From the NCBI GenBank assembly GCA_022842995.1, contig JALHOM010000007.1, forward strand, positions 78 through 64,077: 64,000 nucleotides of DNA, read 5' to 3'. Positions 46,053 through 55,479 of this stretch are shown piece after piece; positions within the stretch are counted from its first letter, which is position 1; each line of letters starts with the position of its first letter. A model generated the notes under the pieces. The model was given only the letters and a program-made list of their open reading frames with translations. It was not told the origin of the DNA and searched no databases. A program made the translations under genes and the position numbers. The stretch is from Candidatus Saccharimonadota bacterium (GTDB lineage Bacteria; Patescibacteriota; Saccharimonadia; Saccharimonadales; 2-12-FULL-41-12).

Positions 46053-46592
46053 GTGCCAGACGAGCTTATTGTTCTGCTAGACGAAAAAACCCTACAGCCG
46101 ATTGGCGATGCCCCAAAACTAGCTTCGCATCACGCTACTACGCCTTTGCATCTGGCATTTTCGGTCTGGGTATTTAACGATAAGGGCGAACTTTTGCTGA
46201 CCAAACGTGCGTCTTCTAAGAAAGTGTGGCCTGGTGTTTGGACGAATAGTTTTTGCGGGCATCCTTTACCCGGCGAAACTATATCGGACGCAATTTTTCG
46301 TCGTGCAAGGTTTGAACTTGGCATTATTGGTTTAGAAAATATTGAAGAAAAGCTTCCAGATTATCGTTACGTAACTCCGCCGTATATCGGAATTATTGAG
46401 AACGAGTTTTGCCCGGTTTTTTTTGCTTCACTGCCAAAAGAGGGCCTTATTAAGCCCAACCCTACCGAAGTAGACTCTTTCCAATTTGTGAAAGTGGATG
46501 ATTTGCGGCAGATGATTGATGCTGAACCCGGGCAATATTCATACTGGTTTAAAGATCAGTTCATTATCCTCGCCGAAAAAGGCTTCTTGTAA
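46053..46592 (+). CDS. idi: Isopentenyl-diphosphate delta-isomerase, type 1 (Nudix)
   Basis: 179 aa with LHLAFSVWVFNDKGELLLTKRASSKKVWPGVWTNSFCGHP...E-rich Nudix region. GTG start. Confidence 0.9.
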   Translation: MPDELIVLLDEKTLQPIGDAPKLASHHATTPLHLAFSVWVFNDKGELLLTKRASSKKVWPGVWTNSFCGHPLPGETISDAIFRRARFELGIIGLENIEEKLPDYRYVTPPYIGIIENEFCPVFFASLPKEGLIKPNPTEVDSFQFVKVDDLRQMIDAEPGQYSYWFKDQFIILAEKGFL

Positions 46593-46620
46593 AATCCACG
46601 CGCGCGGTAAGGCTGATACA

Positions 46621-46860
46621 ATGTTTATTATGAATATTCAGTTAGCTCCAGGCGATTTTGTGCTCTGGAAATGGGCGGGATCAATAGCTCACGGAGAGGA
46701 CATGGAAGTTGTCCGCGGCAGAGTAGAAATCGTCAGTGGCGGGAAAAGAATTGTCAGAAATGGGTCGGTAGATAACCCTGCAGTAATAATCCGGCATGCT
46801 TCTGGAAATGATGTTTTAAAATTAGCGAGCGAACTACATAAAGCTGCGTCTGAATCATGA
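46621..46860 (+). CDS. DUF2945-like small protein
   Basis: 79 aa counted from the ATG at 46621, with GDFVLWKWAGSIAHGE...GKRIVRNGSVDNPAVII. An ATGA overlap joins it to the next gene. Confidence 0.55.
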   Translation: MFIMNIQLAPGDFVLWKWAGSIAHGEDMEVVRGRVEIVSGGKRIVRNGSVDNPAVIIRHASGNDVLKLASELHKAASES

Positions 46861-47639
46861 AAATACTGATCCACACCTCAAAAACCATGAAGCAGAAATC
46901 GGTAGGTCTGCCAGAAAATTCTACGCCGCAATTTCTCGCTCAGGCGAAAGAACTGATGTTGGCTACAAACCAGCTTTCGCCGCAGCAACTAACAAAGTTA
47001 ATGCATATCTCGCCTAAGCTTGCAGAAACGGTGGCCGGGGTGCATAGCCGCTGGTCGGATTCGCTTGGACTACAGTCGAGAGCAGTCGATACCTTTGTGG
47101 GGGATATTTATAGTGGTCTTCAGTCCGCAGATTGGTCGCTTGACGAGAGAAACTATGCGCAGGAACATCTGTATATTTTGTCGGGGCTGTATGGAATTTT
47201 ACGCCCTAACGACGGAGTAATGCCTTATCGATTAGAGATGGGTTATTCATTGCCAGGTCCAACGTGGAAAAATCTATATGACTATTGGAAGCCTTATCTT
47301 ATGCAACAATTTAACGATCAGGAGTTGATTGTTAATCTGAGCGCCGTAGAATACACCAAAGCCTTGCTCCCGGAATTGCCGGGTTGCCGCGTGGTTCAGC
47401 CGTACTTCATGAGTATGAGCCCAAAAACTAATCAGCCAACATTTGTCGTTGTACATGCCAAGATTGCACGTGGAGCTTTCGCCTCTTGGCTTATCAGAGC
47501 GAAAATACAAGACCCGGCTCGTTTTTCGGAGTTTAATGACTTAGGTTACGCGTATTCAGCCAAATTAAGTACCGAAGATAGGCCGGTATTTGTATGTCGA
47601 GAGTTTCGTGGTCTTGGTTTGAGCGTCCGACTCTCGTGA
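46857..47639 (+). CDS. yaaA: YaaA/UPF0246 (DUF328) peroxide-stress protein
   Basis: 260 aa with MKILIHTSKTM..., the YSGLQ...LYILSGLYGILRP...PYRLEM pattern, and KIARGAFASWLI. Confidence 0.85.
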   Translation: MKILIHTSKTMKQKSVGLPENSTPQFLAQAKELMLATNQLSPQQLTKLMHISPKLAETVAGVHSRWSDSLGLQSRAVDTFVGDIYSGLQSADWSLDERNYAQEHLYILSGLYGILRPNDGVMPYRLEMGYSLPGPTWKNLYDYWKPYLMQQFNDQELIVNLSAVEYTKALLPELPGCRVVQPYFMSMSPKTNQPTFVVVHAKIARGAFASWLIRAKIQDPARFSEFNDLGYAYSAKLSTEDRPVFVCREFRGLGLSVRLS

Positions 47640-47644
47640 TTTTT

Positions 47645-49570
47645 TTATTGTAAATTATTCTTCACGTAGGTTGAATTGTCTGTTAGGATTCCGCTGAGCT
47701 TATAGGACTGACATTCCGTTTTGGGAGCGTTACAATCGCTCGATGCATAGGCATAGATTTTTGAGGCGGGGATTTCTGAGCTAAAGAATTTATTCGTACT
47801 GCCTGGAGCGGTAATGGCCGAAATATCTATCTTTAGTTCATTTATAACGAATTCTTCCCGGTTCATATTCGCGAAACCAGGATAGTGACCTTTAAGTGCA
47901 TAGTATTCTTCAAGTTTTGAATGAATCGCATTGATGTCTGATGTAACTTCGCTATCAACTGGATTGGATGATTCAGTCGAAGAGGCAGGGTTTAAGCCGA
48001 AGGCACCAAGCACTTCTTCAAAAGGTATAGTGTCTTTCGGCGTATCAACCTTGACCTCGCCACCGAATGGCTTGGCAGTCATTTTCATGGAGCCTTCGAT
48101 TTTACTCTCGCCTGCCCCAAAGACGGCTGCTATGGACCCCGATGTTTGATTGGTCTTCATGTTCGAGGATATCTCTACCTTAACTTCGGACTTAGATGTA
48201 GGGTCATTGTAAACGGCAAAGAATCCAAAGTCGTCACCACCCTTATAGGTCTGCCCGACGTCGAGGTAGGTTTTGGTATTATTGTCATATAACCTGACTT
48301 TATAGATAAGTTTGAATTTTTTATCTACCCATACGTCATACGTCTCGCCATCTTTGAAGTCGCTATCAACTGATTTTTGACAAGATTCAGTCGTGCTTTG
48401 CTTGTCCTTTTCTACGTCGCTTCCTTCGGCGAGAGTTTTTTTGTAAAAGTTGGTTGAAAATACTGCTTCGAAGAGAGCCTTACAGTAATCTTTGGCGTGC
48501 TTTTTATTGACGGAGGCCTTGTAACGGATCGTTTCTCGGCCGTCAACTTCTTCTTCACCTACGACTGAGTCACGCTGAAGTACGGCTTTATCTTCGTTGC
48601 TCGAAAAGATGTACTGCCTGGTGGGCTCGGCAGCTTTGCGCGTTAGTTCGGCAACGTCGTCGGCCGTAATTTGCTGGTCTTTGCCTTCAGTCTGGGTCCC
48701 GAGAATTTGGTCTAAGTATTTACTGTCCATGGCAATCCACTTGTTCTCGTAGGTCGCTACTCCGGGCAGCAAGGCGTCAAATCCTAATGCGGTAATGCCA
48801 TTGACTTTCAAAAAGGCATCAGGATAGGTCTTGTTGGCCTCGAGTTTACTTAAGAATTCAACGGCCAGTTCTTTGCCAGGCGTGTTTTTCTCGTCTTTAA
48901 TGACGAGCTTACCGTTGGTGTTGGCGCTGTCATATTTCACGTCAACTTGGCCGGTGTATTCAAGGTCTTGGCTGGTAATACTAACCGTGGCACTTACATC
49001 TGATTTTTTTATTGATTGCAGGGTAGATTTGTCGGCAGTCTTGTCGACTACTTTTTCAAGGGCTTTACCGGATCTGTCCAAACTTGTACTCCAGACGTTT
49101 TCTGGCTTGTTTGGCAGATACATCCCAAAAACGTAGCCTGCTCCGCCGAGAACTATCAAGGCGATCAGTCCAGAAATAGCAAGTAGCGGCTTACGGGCAC
49201 GAGACTTAGTGGATTTCAGGTTTTGGCTACTATAAGAAACCGGGCTGGCTGCCGGTTGATTAGGCGCAGGAGCTGGTTCTGAGGCTAGGGTGCTTTGGTC
49301 ATTAATGGGTCCTTGAGTCGACTGTAGGGGCGCGCTGGAGTCCGGTTGAGGGGCTGGTTGCGGCACGGGCTCGTTAGACAGTGGAGTTTCGGGCTCACTC
49401 GCCAGAAATTCTTGATGTAGTTCCTCTATCGCACTGGTGCTTAAGGGCTGGTTGGGAATAGCTGAAGTGCCCGTGGCTGTAGAATCTTGCTCTAAAGGTG
49501 TTGAAGTTGCTTCAGGCGCCGGCGGAGGTGTCCCTTCGGAGGCAGGTTTAGTTGGTTCTTCTGGCTTCAT
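47645..49570 (-). CDS. Large surface protein: Pro-rich N-terminus, single TM, extracellular domain, pilin-like C-terminal module
   Basis: 641 aa with TM segment LLAISGLIALIVLGGAGYVFGMY. The C-terminal end reads IHSKLEEYYALKGHYPG...SDCNAPKTECQSY (a Cys-x8-Cys loop). Confidence 0.65.
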   Translation of the reverse strand: MKPEEPTKPASEGTPPPAPEATSTPLEQDSTATGTSAIPNQPLSTSAIEELHQEFLASEPETPLSNEPVPQPAPQPDSSAPLQSTQGPINDQSTLASEPAPAPNQPAASPVSYSSQNLKSTKSRARKPLLAISGLIALIVLGGAGYVFGMYLPNKPENVWSTSLDRSGKALEKVVDKTADKSTLQSIKKSDVSATVSITSQDLEYTGQVDVKYDSANTNGKLVIKDEKNTPGKELAVEFLSKLEANKTYPDAFLKVNGITALGFDALLPGVATYENKWIAMDSKYLDQILGTQTEGKDQQITADDVAELTRKAAEPTRQYIFSSNEDKAVLQRDSVVGEEEVDGRETIRYKASVNKKHAKDYCKALFEAVFSTNFYKKTLAEGSDVEKDKQSTTESCQKSVDSDFKDGETYDVWVDKKFKLIYKVRLYDNNTKTYLDVGQTYKGGDDFGFFAVYNDPTSKSEVKVEISSNMKTNQTSGSIAAVFGAGESKIEGSMKMTAKPFGGEVKVDTPKDTIPFEEVLGAFGLNPASSTESSNPVDSEVTSDINAIHSKLEEYYALKGHYPGFANMNREEFVINELKIDISAITAPGSTNKFFSSEIPASKIYAYASSDCNAPKTECQSYKLSGILTDNSTYVKNNLQ

Positions 49571-49709
49571 GCACCTACTTTCTGATTAGGCGCCATTTTT
49601 GGCCCCTACTCTTTTCACTTAGCGTCAATGTAGATTAGTATAGCTTGATAGGTCTATTCTTCAAAAAGGCCGCATATTGGGCGATCTTTATTCAAGAATC
49701 GATGGTGTA

Positions 49710-49739
49710 TTGACATTAAGTGACTATACAAAATATACT
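49710..49739 (+). promoter_or_regulatory. Putative promoter TTGACA-18-TATACT upstream of glutaredoxin-like gene
   Basis: TTGACA at 49710-49715 and TATACT at 49734-49739. Confidence 0.35.
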
Positions 49740-49819
49740 TACTAGAGCATTAACCTGAAATTGTGTATGCTATATCAAAGCTTGAATTTAACGCATTGTA
49801 AATATAAGGAAGGAAAAGT

Positions 49820-50074
49820 ATGAAAAATATTGTAATCTACTCTACCCATACCTGCGGATTTTGTAACATGCTTAAGAAGTATCTTGACGATCATGGTATT
49901 GCATATAGTGTCAAGTACGCCGATGAAGATCAGGCCCTCGCTCAAGAACTGTATGAAAAAAGCGGTCAATTAGGCGTTCCTTTTACAATAATCACCGATG
50001 AATCAGGTCAAGAGACCTCTATTCTTGGTTTTGATCGATCAAAAGTTGATGCTGCGCTTGGTTTGGCAAAGTAG
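49820..50074 (+). CDS. Glutaredoxin-like protein (NrdH/Grx family)
   Basis: 84 aa with the redox motif CGFC and GVPFTII. A GGAAGGA RBS is present. Confidence 0.85.
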   Translation: MKNIVIYSTHTCGFCNMLKKYLDDHGIAYSVKYADEDQALAQELYEKSGQLGVPFTIITDESGQETSILGFDRSKVDAALGLAK

Positions 50075-50120
50075 GCTATTTAATAAAACCTCTTTCCTTT
50101 GTGCGGTATATTCGCGATAA

Positions 50121-51302
50121 TTGATTATAAGCATGACTATATTGCGGCGCATCTTACTGCTGATCGCTGGCTTTTTTCTGAGAAGCCTATTGTTTTTTGG
50201 TTTTACTCTCCTCGCGGCAAGTTTGGTGCTGGGCAGTCAACCTGCTATTAAAGAAACCCTCACCTCGGTCAATGCTTATGAGCGTTTTTCTCAGGCGTTA
50301 ATCGACAGTGGAGCCGAAAGCTCAAAAAACGACCCTGCGTCGATTCCATTTAATGATCCTGAAATTGCGAAGGTAATACGAGAAAGTTTTGGTCCGGTTC
50401 AGCTAGAACAGATTTCAGAAACTTTGATTGATTCTGGATATTCGTGGCTCGAAGGTGATTCATCGACGTTAACGTTTTCTATCGACCTAGCTTCTAATAA
50501 AGAAAAGCTTGCTCGTGGGCTGTCGAACTATGCCATTGATCGCCTACAGAGCCTGCCCGTCTGTACGACAATTCCGACAGAAAGTAATATATACCTTTTG
50601 ACTTGCCGACCGGCATACCTAGACCTCGATCAGCAACGAAGTCAGCTCTATAACACTATAGTAAATGACGAGTCTTTCTTGAAAGACACGACTTTTTCTG
50701 ATGCCGATTTACCAAAGACGAGCTCTGGTCAAACATTCTCGGAAGCATACGCAAAAGCACCGGAGTATTTTGGATATTTCAAAATGTCCCCTTATGTTCT
50801 GCTGGGATCCTCGGCATTACTTGCATTATTGGTGATATTTTTGAGCAAAACCAAACGACTAGGAATTAAATATATCAGTACTTCCTTGCTCTCAACGGGA
50901 GTGTTTTTGTCAATCACGCCGATTATCTACACCTATGTTTTGCCGGCTATTGGCTTTAAGCTACCGAGTTTCGGTGGCGGTGGTAATCAAGCAATATCTC
51001 AGGTAGTTAACGATGTGATGTCGGCGCTGTATATGAATTTTAATGTTATGCTGATCAATGTTGCGATACAGGTCGTTGCAGCTGGACTTATATTGTATTT
51101 TGCAACCCGATTCTTCAAGCCTACTGTTGCTATGTATGATCAGCTCGACAAAAAGTCAGGTCTGGCCCTCAGTAACGAAGCGGGCGGTTCACCAAAACTA
51201 CCTGGATTTTCTGCTAAGTCTGTTCCGTTGCAATCATCAGAAGGCGGTAAAAAAGGCGGTCGAAAAGCTAGTACACTAGATAAGAAGTTTCGTAAAATGT
51301 GA
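50121..51302 (+). CDS. Hypothetical membrane protein
   Basis: 393 aa with an N-terminal TM helix and about 3 C-terminal TM helices around a large loop. An alternative ATG start exists at 50133. Confidence 0.6.
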   Translation: MIISMTILRRILLLIAGFFLRSLLFFGFTLLAASLVLGSQPAIKETLTSVNAYERFSQALIDSGAESSKNDPASIPFNDPEIAKVIRESFGPVQLEQISETLIDSGYSWLEGDSSTLTFSIDLASNKEKLARGLSNYAIDRLQSLPVCTTIPTESNIYLLTCRPAYLDLDQQRSQLYNTIVNDESFLKDTTFSDADLPKTSSGQTFSEAYAKAPEYFGYFKMSPYVLLGSSALLALLVIFLSKTKRLGIKYISTSLLSTGVFLSITPIIYTYVLPAIGFKLPSFGGGGNQAISQVVNDVMSALYMNFNVMLINVAIQVVAAGLILYFATRFFKPTVAMYDQLDKKSGLALSNEAGGSPKLPGFSAKSVPLQSSEGGKKGGRKASTLDKKFRKM

Positions 51303-51345
51303 TTATTAGGAATTAGGATTCGCTGTACAGCGAAAGGAATTAGGG
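51303..51345. repeat. ATTCGC..GCGAA hairpin module flanked by AATTAGG words
   Basis: TTCGCTGTACAGCGAA at 51319-51334 is a perfect 16-bp palindrome. The same 16-mer occurs at 10587-10602 and 52041-52056. Confidence 0.8.
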
Positions 51346-51380
51346 TGCGCAGTTTAGATAATTAGGAAGAGAGGGTTGAT

Positions 51381-52025
51381 ATGAGGATTGGATTGGTTGG
51401 TTCTGGTGACGTTGCGCAAAGTCTCGCTAAGGGCTTTATTGGTATGGATCATGAGGTGATGATTGGAACGCGTGATCCGGGCAAGAAGGATCTTGAAAAA
51501 TTGAAAACCAAGCTCGGAAAGCATTTTACCGTCGGTACTACTACTGAAGCTGCAAATTTTGGCGAGATAGTTTTCTTGGCGGTTGCGTGGCATGCTGGCG
51601 AAGATGTGATAGCGCAGATCAGACCGCAGCTGGCCGGAAAAATCGTTATTGATGTTACTAATCCGCTGATTTTTAATGATGGTGAACCGCCACAGCTGGC
51701 CGTTGGCCATACTATCTCGGGTGGCGAAATTGTCCAGCAAAGCCTACCGGATAGCCATGTGGTGAAGGCTCTTAATATCATCAATCATCAAAATATGATA
51801 CAGCCAAAATATAAATCTGGTGTGCCGACGATGTTCGTCTGCGGTAATAACAAGTCAGCGATTAATCACACCGGTGAACTGCTGCATGAAATGGGCTGGG
51901 AAGATATCGTCGATTTGGGTGGGATCGAAAAAAGTCGTCTACTTGAACCGCTTTGTCTTTTATGGGTAGAATACGGCATTGCTAAGAACACCTGGAGTCA
52001 TGCTTTTAGCGTCCTTGCTAAGTAG
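51381..52025 (+). CDS. NADPH-dependent F420 reductase-like / NADP oxidoreductase (Rossmann)
   Basis: 214 aa with MRIGLVGSGDVAQSLAKGF (a GxGxxA dinucleotide-binding motif). The overall pattern resembles NpdG-family proteins. Confidence 0.65.
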   Translation: MRIGLVGSGDVAQSLAKGFIGMDHEVMIGTRDPGKKDLEKLKTKLGKHFTVGTTTEAANFGEIVFLAVAWHAGEDVIAQIRPQLAGKIVIDVTNPLIFNDGEPPQLAVGHTISGGEIVQQSLPDSHVVKALNIINHQNMIQPKYKSGVPTMFVCGNNKSAINHTGELLHEMGWEDIVDLGGIEKSRLLEPLCLLWVEYGIAKNTWSHAFSVLAK

Positions 52026-52156
52026 AAAATCGAAATTAGGATTCGCTGTACAGCGAAAGAAATTAGAAATTAGAAAAAAGATTAAAGACTAAAGAAAAAA
52101 GATTTTTTGAAGAGAGCTCAGCAACTATCTTTAAACTTTTATCTTTAGGCTTTAAT
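52026..52156. repeat. Hairpin module plus long word-repeat inverted arms between convergent genes
   Basis: TTCGCTGTACAGCGAA lies at 52041-52056. The arm AGATTAAAGACTAAAGAAAAAAGAT (52078-52102) faces the arm ATCTTTAAACTTTTATCTTTAGGCTTTAATC (52126-52156). Confidence 0.75.
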
Positions 52157-52164
52157 CATTGGTC

Positions 52165-53361
52165 TTATTTGGCAAGGTCGTCAGCGCAGTGTGGGCAGCT
52201 TTCTTCTTTGTCGATTTCTGCCAAAAAACGAGAGAACGTCATCGGCCAGGAAGAGTAATCTTTATAGGCCATAAAATCGGCTGCTCGACGAAGTGCATAA
52301 CCAGCATAGCCATAGAATCGGACTCTGCCCCATACAACCGCCGCCCATCGAGGGCCGGCCGGCAGAACATAGACTGGTTTTTTGGCGCGGTACGGCCAAG
52401 CTTCTTTGCCCTCGGCGATTCTGGTTAGGTTACGAGCGATCGTCTTGCCGTCGTAGAGGGCCGTTTGGGCCATTCCGCTATACGGAGTGTCGGCGTTGTC
52501 GCCAAGGACGTAAATGCCTGGCTCTGCTTGAAGGTACTGATCGACGCGAACTTTGCCATTTTGGGTTGTTTGGAAGTTGTTTTCCTTGAAAAATGGATTG
52601 TTGCTCATCCCGGCAGTCCAAACCACCGTATGACTTCGTATCGGCTTATCATGGATCAGTAGCTCATCGGCGCTCTGACCAAGGACCGCAGTATTGAGAT
52701 AGATCTTTACGCCTTGCTTCCGTAAATTGAAGGCAACGGAGCTCGAAATACTTCTTGGTAGCCTCGGGAGAAGGCGTGGAGCGGCCTCTACGAGGTCGAC
52801 ATGAATCTGTGGCTTTTCTACGCCGTGGTAGCGCGCAACGCGCTTTATGTAGCTTGGTAGCATGCCAGCTAGTTCAATCCCCGATGGGCCACCACCAACG
52901 ACAACGTAGTGGTAGGTGCTCAAGTGCTTTTTGGTGATTTTGTCATGGATGTGCTTTTTTAATTCATTGGCTTCGGCTAGGGACTTCATGCCATACGAAT
53001 ATTCTGGGAGTCCTTCGATGTTGAAGTAGTTGGTGACCATTCCGAGAGCCAAGATCAGGATATCGAATGAAATCTTCTGGTCATCAACAGTAATTATCTG
53101 TTTTGCCTTGCGATCGAGTTCTTTCGCGGGACATTGTACTATATTGATTTTTCTTTCTGCGAAGATCTCGCTCAACGGTATAGTAGAGACTTTCGTAGAG
53201 CCTCCTACAATGGTGTGATACAGCGAACCATAAATTTCAAAGTTCGGTCGGTTTGTCACGAGGGTGATATCAAAAAGACCTGAGTCGCATAGTTCTATGG
53301 CTGTTTTTACGCCAGCAAAACCACCTCCAACAATAACAACATGTTGTTTTTGCTTTTTCAT
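52165..53361 (-). CDS. ndh: Type II NADH:quinone oxidoreductase (NDH-2)
   Basis: 398 aa with two dinucleotide-binding folds: VVIVGGGFAGV and YVVVGGGPSGIELAG. Confidence 0.85.
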   Translation of the reverse strand: MKKQKQHVVIVGGGFAGVKTAIELCDSGLFDITLVTNRPNFEIYGSLYHTIVGGSTKVSTIPLSEIFAERKINIVQCPAKELDRKAKQIITVDDQKISFDILILALGMVTNYFNIEGLPEYSYGMKSLAEANELKKHIHDKITKKHLSTYHYVVVGGGPSGIELAGMLPSYIKRVARYHGVEKPQIHVDLVEAAPRLLPRLPRSISSSVAFNLRKQGVKIYLNTAVLGQSADELLIHDKPIRSHTVVWTAGMSNNPFFKENNFQTTQNGKVRVDQYLQAEPGIYVLGDNADTPYSGMAQTALYDGKTIARNLTRIAEGKEAWPYRAKKPVYVLPAGPRWAAVVWGRVRFYGYAGYALRRAADFMAYKDYSSWPMTFSRFLAEIDKEESCPHCADDLAK

Positions 53362-53460
53362 CTTACGTATAAGTGTACTAAATGCATATGCTTAGTGTAA
53401 AATATTCTATAAAGATAGACGATCAATAAATGGCCACAAATTTTTGGCTACAAAGGTAAT

Positions 53461-55113
53461 ATGTCCAAACTTAAAGACGACTTAGCTAAACTGATCAAGG
53501 GTGATGTTCAAAACAGTGCCGCCATTAAGGATGAATTTTCGCACGATGCTTCGATGTTCGAGTTACGACCAGAGGTGGTGGTGTCGCCGAAAGACTCATC
53601 GGACGTTCAAAAGATAGTCGCCTACGTCGCCAAGAATAAGAAGAAAAATCCGGAACTCGCAATTACCGCCCGCAGTGCCGGCACCGATATGAGCGGAGGA
53701 GCAATCGGTGAATCGATTGTGCTTAATATGAAACGTTATTTCACGGAAATTGTTTCGGTGAGTCGGACGGCTGCTCAGGTGCAACCTGGTGTGTTTTATC
53801 GTGATTTTGAGCCCGCGACTTTGCGGCATGATGCTCTTTTGCCCTCCTTCCCTGCCAGCCGAGATCTTTGTACGTTGGGTGGTATGGTGGCCAACAACTC
53901 TGGTGGCGAGAAATCTCTGCAATTTGGTAAAACGGAAGATTATGTTACGTCACTCCAAGTGGTATTTGCTGACGGTAAAGAATATACGGTGAAACCTATC
54001 AACAAAAATGAACTCGATAAAAAATGTCGACAGAAGGATTTTGAAGGCCGCGTTTACCGCGAGGTATTCGAACTGGTTGATAAGAATTATGACGAGATTA
54101 AGTCAGCAAAACCAAATGTTTCAAAAGATTCTACTGGTTACCATATGTGGAATATTTGGGATAGAAAAACTGGAATATTCGACCTCACTAAGGCAATTGT
54201 GGGTTCTCAAGGGACTCTTGGTATCGTAACAGATATAAACTTTCGTCTTATTCCTGCCCCCAAGAATTCGGGCACTCTGGTGATTTTTGTGAAAAAAACT
54301 AAACATCTCGGCGGTATCATCAACGACACTCTCAAGCACAAGCCGGCGACTTTTGAGGGGTTCGATAATCACACACTTATGTTGAGCTTTAAGCTATTCT
54401 TTTATTTTAGGAAAAAGCTCGGACTGCTTGGCATGATGAAACTTGGTCTGCAACTATTGCCTGACGCCCTTATTTTGATGAGAGGTATACCAAAAATGGT
54501 GTTGCTCGTAGAGTTCAACGGCGAAACTGAAGCAATTGTTGCCGAAAAGGTTCATGCCCTGAGGTTAGATCTTCAGAAATACGGTGCCGATATGCTTTTT
54601 GAAGAAGACGAGACGGAAGCCAAGGCCAGGAAATTTAGGATTATGCGTCGTGAAAGCTTCAATCTACTTAGGCAAAAAGTGAAGGATAAGCACACGGCTC
54701 CTTTTATTGATGACTTAGTTGTCTTGCCGAAGCATTTGCCAGAGTTTTTGCCCGAACTTCGTAGGATCATTGAAAAATATAAGTTTTTAGCTACTATCCA
54801 AGGTCATTTCGGAGATGGTAATTTTCATGTTATCCCGTTAATGAAAATCGAAGATTCGCGTGAAATCGCCAAGATTGAGCCCGCCATGAAAGAAGTTAAT
54901 GCTCTTGTGTTTAAATATGGTGGCTCAATGAGTGGTGAGCATAATGATGGTATGTCACGTGGTCCGTGGCTGTCTCAGATGTACGCGCCAGAGATTATGG
55001 AGCACTTCAGAACTCTCAAGCGGATTTTTGACCCAGAAAATATCTTTAATCCCAAGAAAAAGACTGATGCTGACTGGCAGTACAGCATGGATCATCTAAG
55101 AGAACATTTTTAG
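53461..55113 (+). CDS. FAD-linked oxidase (GlcD/D-lactate dehydrogenase-like)
   Basis: 550 aa with a PCMH-type FAD-binding region (ITARSAGTDMSGGAIG, GGMVANNSGG) and the C-terminal GSMSGEHNDGMSRG. Confidence 0.8.
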   Translation: MSKLKDDLAKLIKGDVQNSAAIKDEFSHDASMFELRPEVVVSPKDSSDVQKIVAYVAKNKKKNPELAITARSAGTDMSGGAIGESIVLNMKRYFTEIVSVSRTAAQVQPGVFYRDFEPATLRHDALLPSFPASRDLCTLGGMVANNSGGEKSLQFGKTEDYVTSLQVVFADGKEYTVKPINKNELDKKCRQKDFEGRVYREVFELVDKNYDEIKSAKPNVSKDSTGYHMWNIWDRKTGIFDLTKAIVGSQGTLGIVTDINFRLIPAPKNSGTLVIFVKKTKHLGGIINDTLKHKPATFEGFDNHTLMLSFKLFFYFRKKLGLLGMMKLGLQLLPDALILMRGIPKMVLLVEFNGETEAIVAEKVHALRLDLQKYGADMLFEEDETEAKARKFRIMRRESFNLLRQKVKDKHTAPFIDDLVVLPKHLPEFLPELRRIIEKYKFLATIQGHFGDGNFHVIPLMKIEDSREIAKIEPAMKEVNALVFKYGGSMSGEHNDGMSRGPWLSQMYAPEIMEHFRTLKRIFDPENIFNPKKKTDADWQYSMDHLREHF

Positions 55114-55183
55114 GATAACTTGAGTAGCGCGCATCATATCCGAACTCGGTTTATGTTGTCGACAGTACTGAAATAATGGCAGT

Positions 55184-55450
55184 CTAATCTCTGCTGGAAA
55201 CAGTTATTGCGGTGAGTCGGCGGCTAGCAACGTATGCTAGTGTGCCGATGCAGGCGAGCGTGATCGTTCCTGAAATACAAACATGGGTTAAGTGATTGGG
55301 GTTCATTACCGCGAGCAACGCTCCACTTATGGCGGTCAAACTGCCTAAGACGAGAGTTGATAAAAGAGAACTTTTCGAAACTCGCATAAGAGCAAAAATT
55401 CCTACTAGTATAGAGCTAACACCGATGAGAATATGAATTGTAAGTATCAT
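55184..55450 (-). CDS. Hypothetical small membrane protein downstream of cyoE
   Basis: 88 aa with three hydrophobic helices and no clear RBS. Confidence 0.4.
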   Translation of the reverse strand: MILTIHILIGVSSILVGIFALMRVSKSSLLSTLVLGSLTAISGALLAVMNPNHLTHVCISGTITLACIGTLAYVASRRLTAITVSSRD

Positions 55451-55479
55451 GATAATGATTATAGTGTTTTTCTTGAAAA

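Noticed and set aside
45829-46053. A 74-aa ORF (or a 47-aa version starting at the ATG at 45910) with one hydrophobic helix, ending at the idi start
   Set aside because: It has no RBS and no recognisable family. It could be a real small membrane peptide, but the sequence alone does not support calling it.
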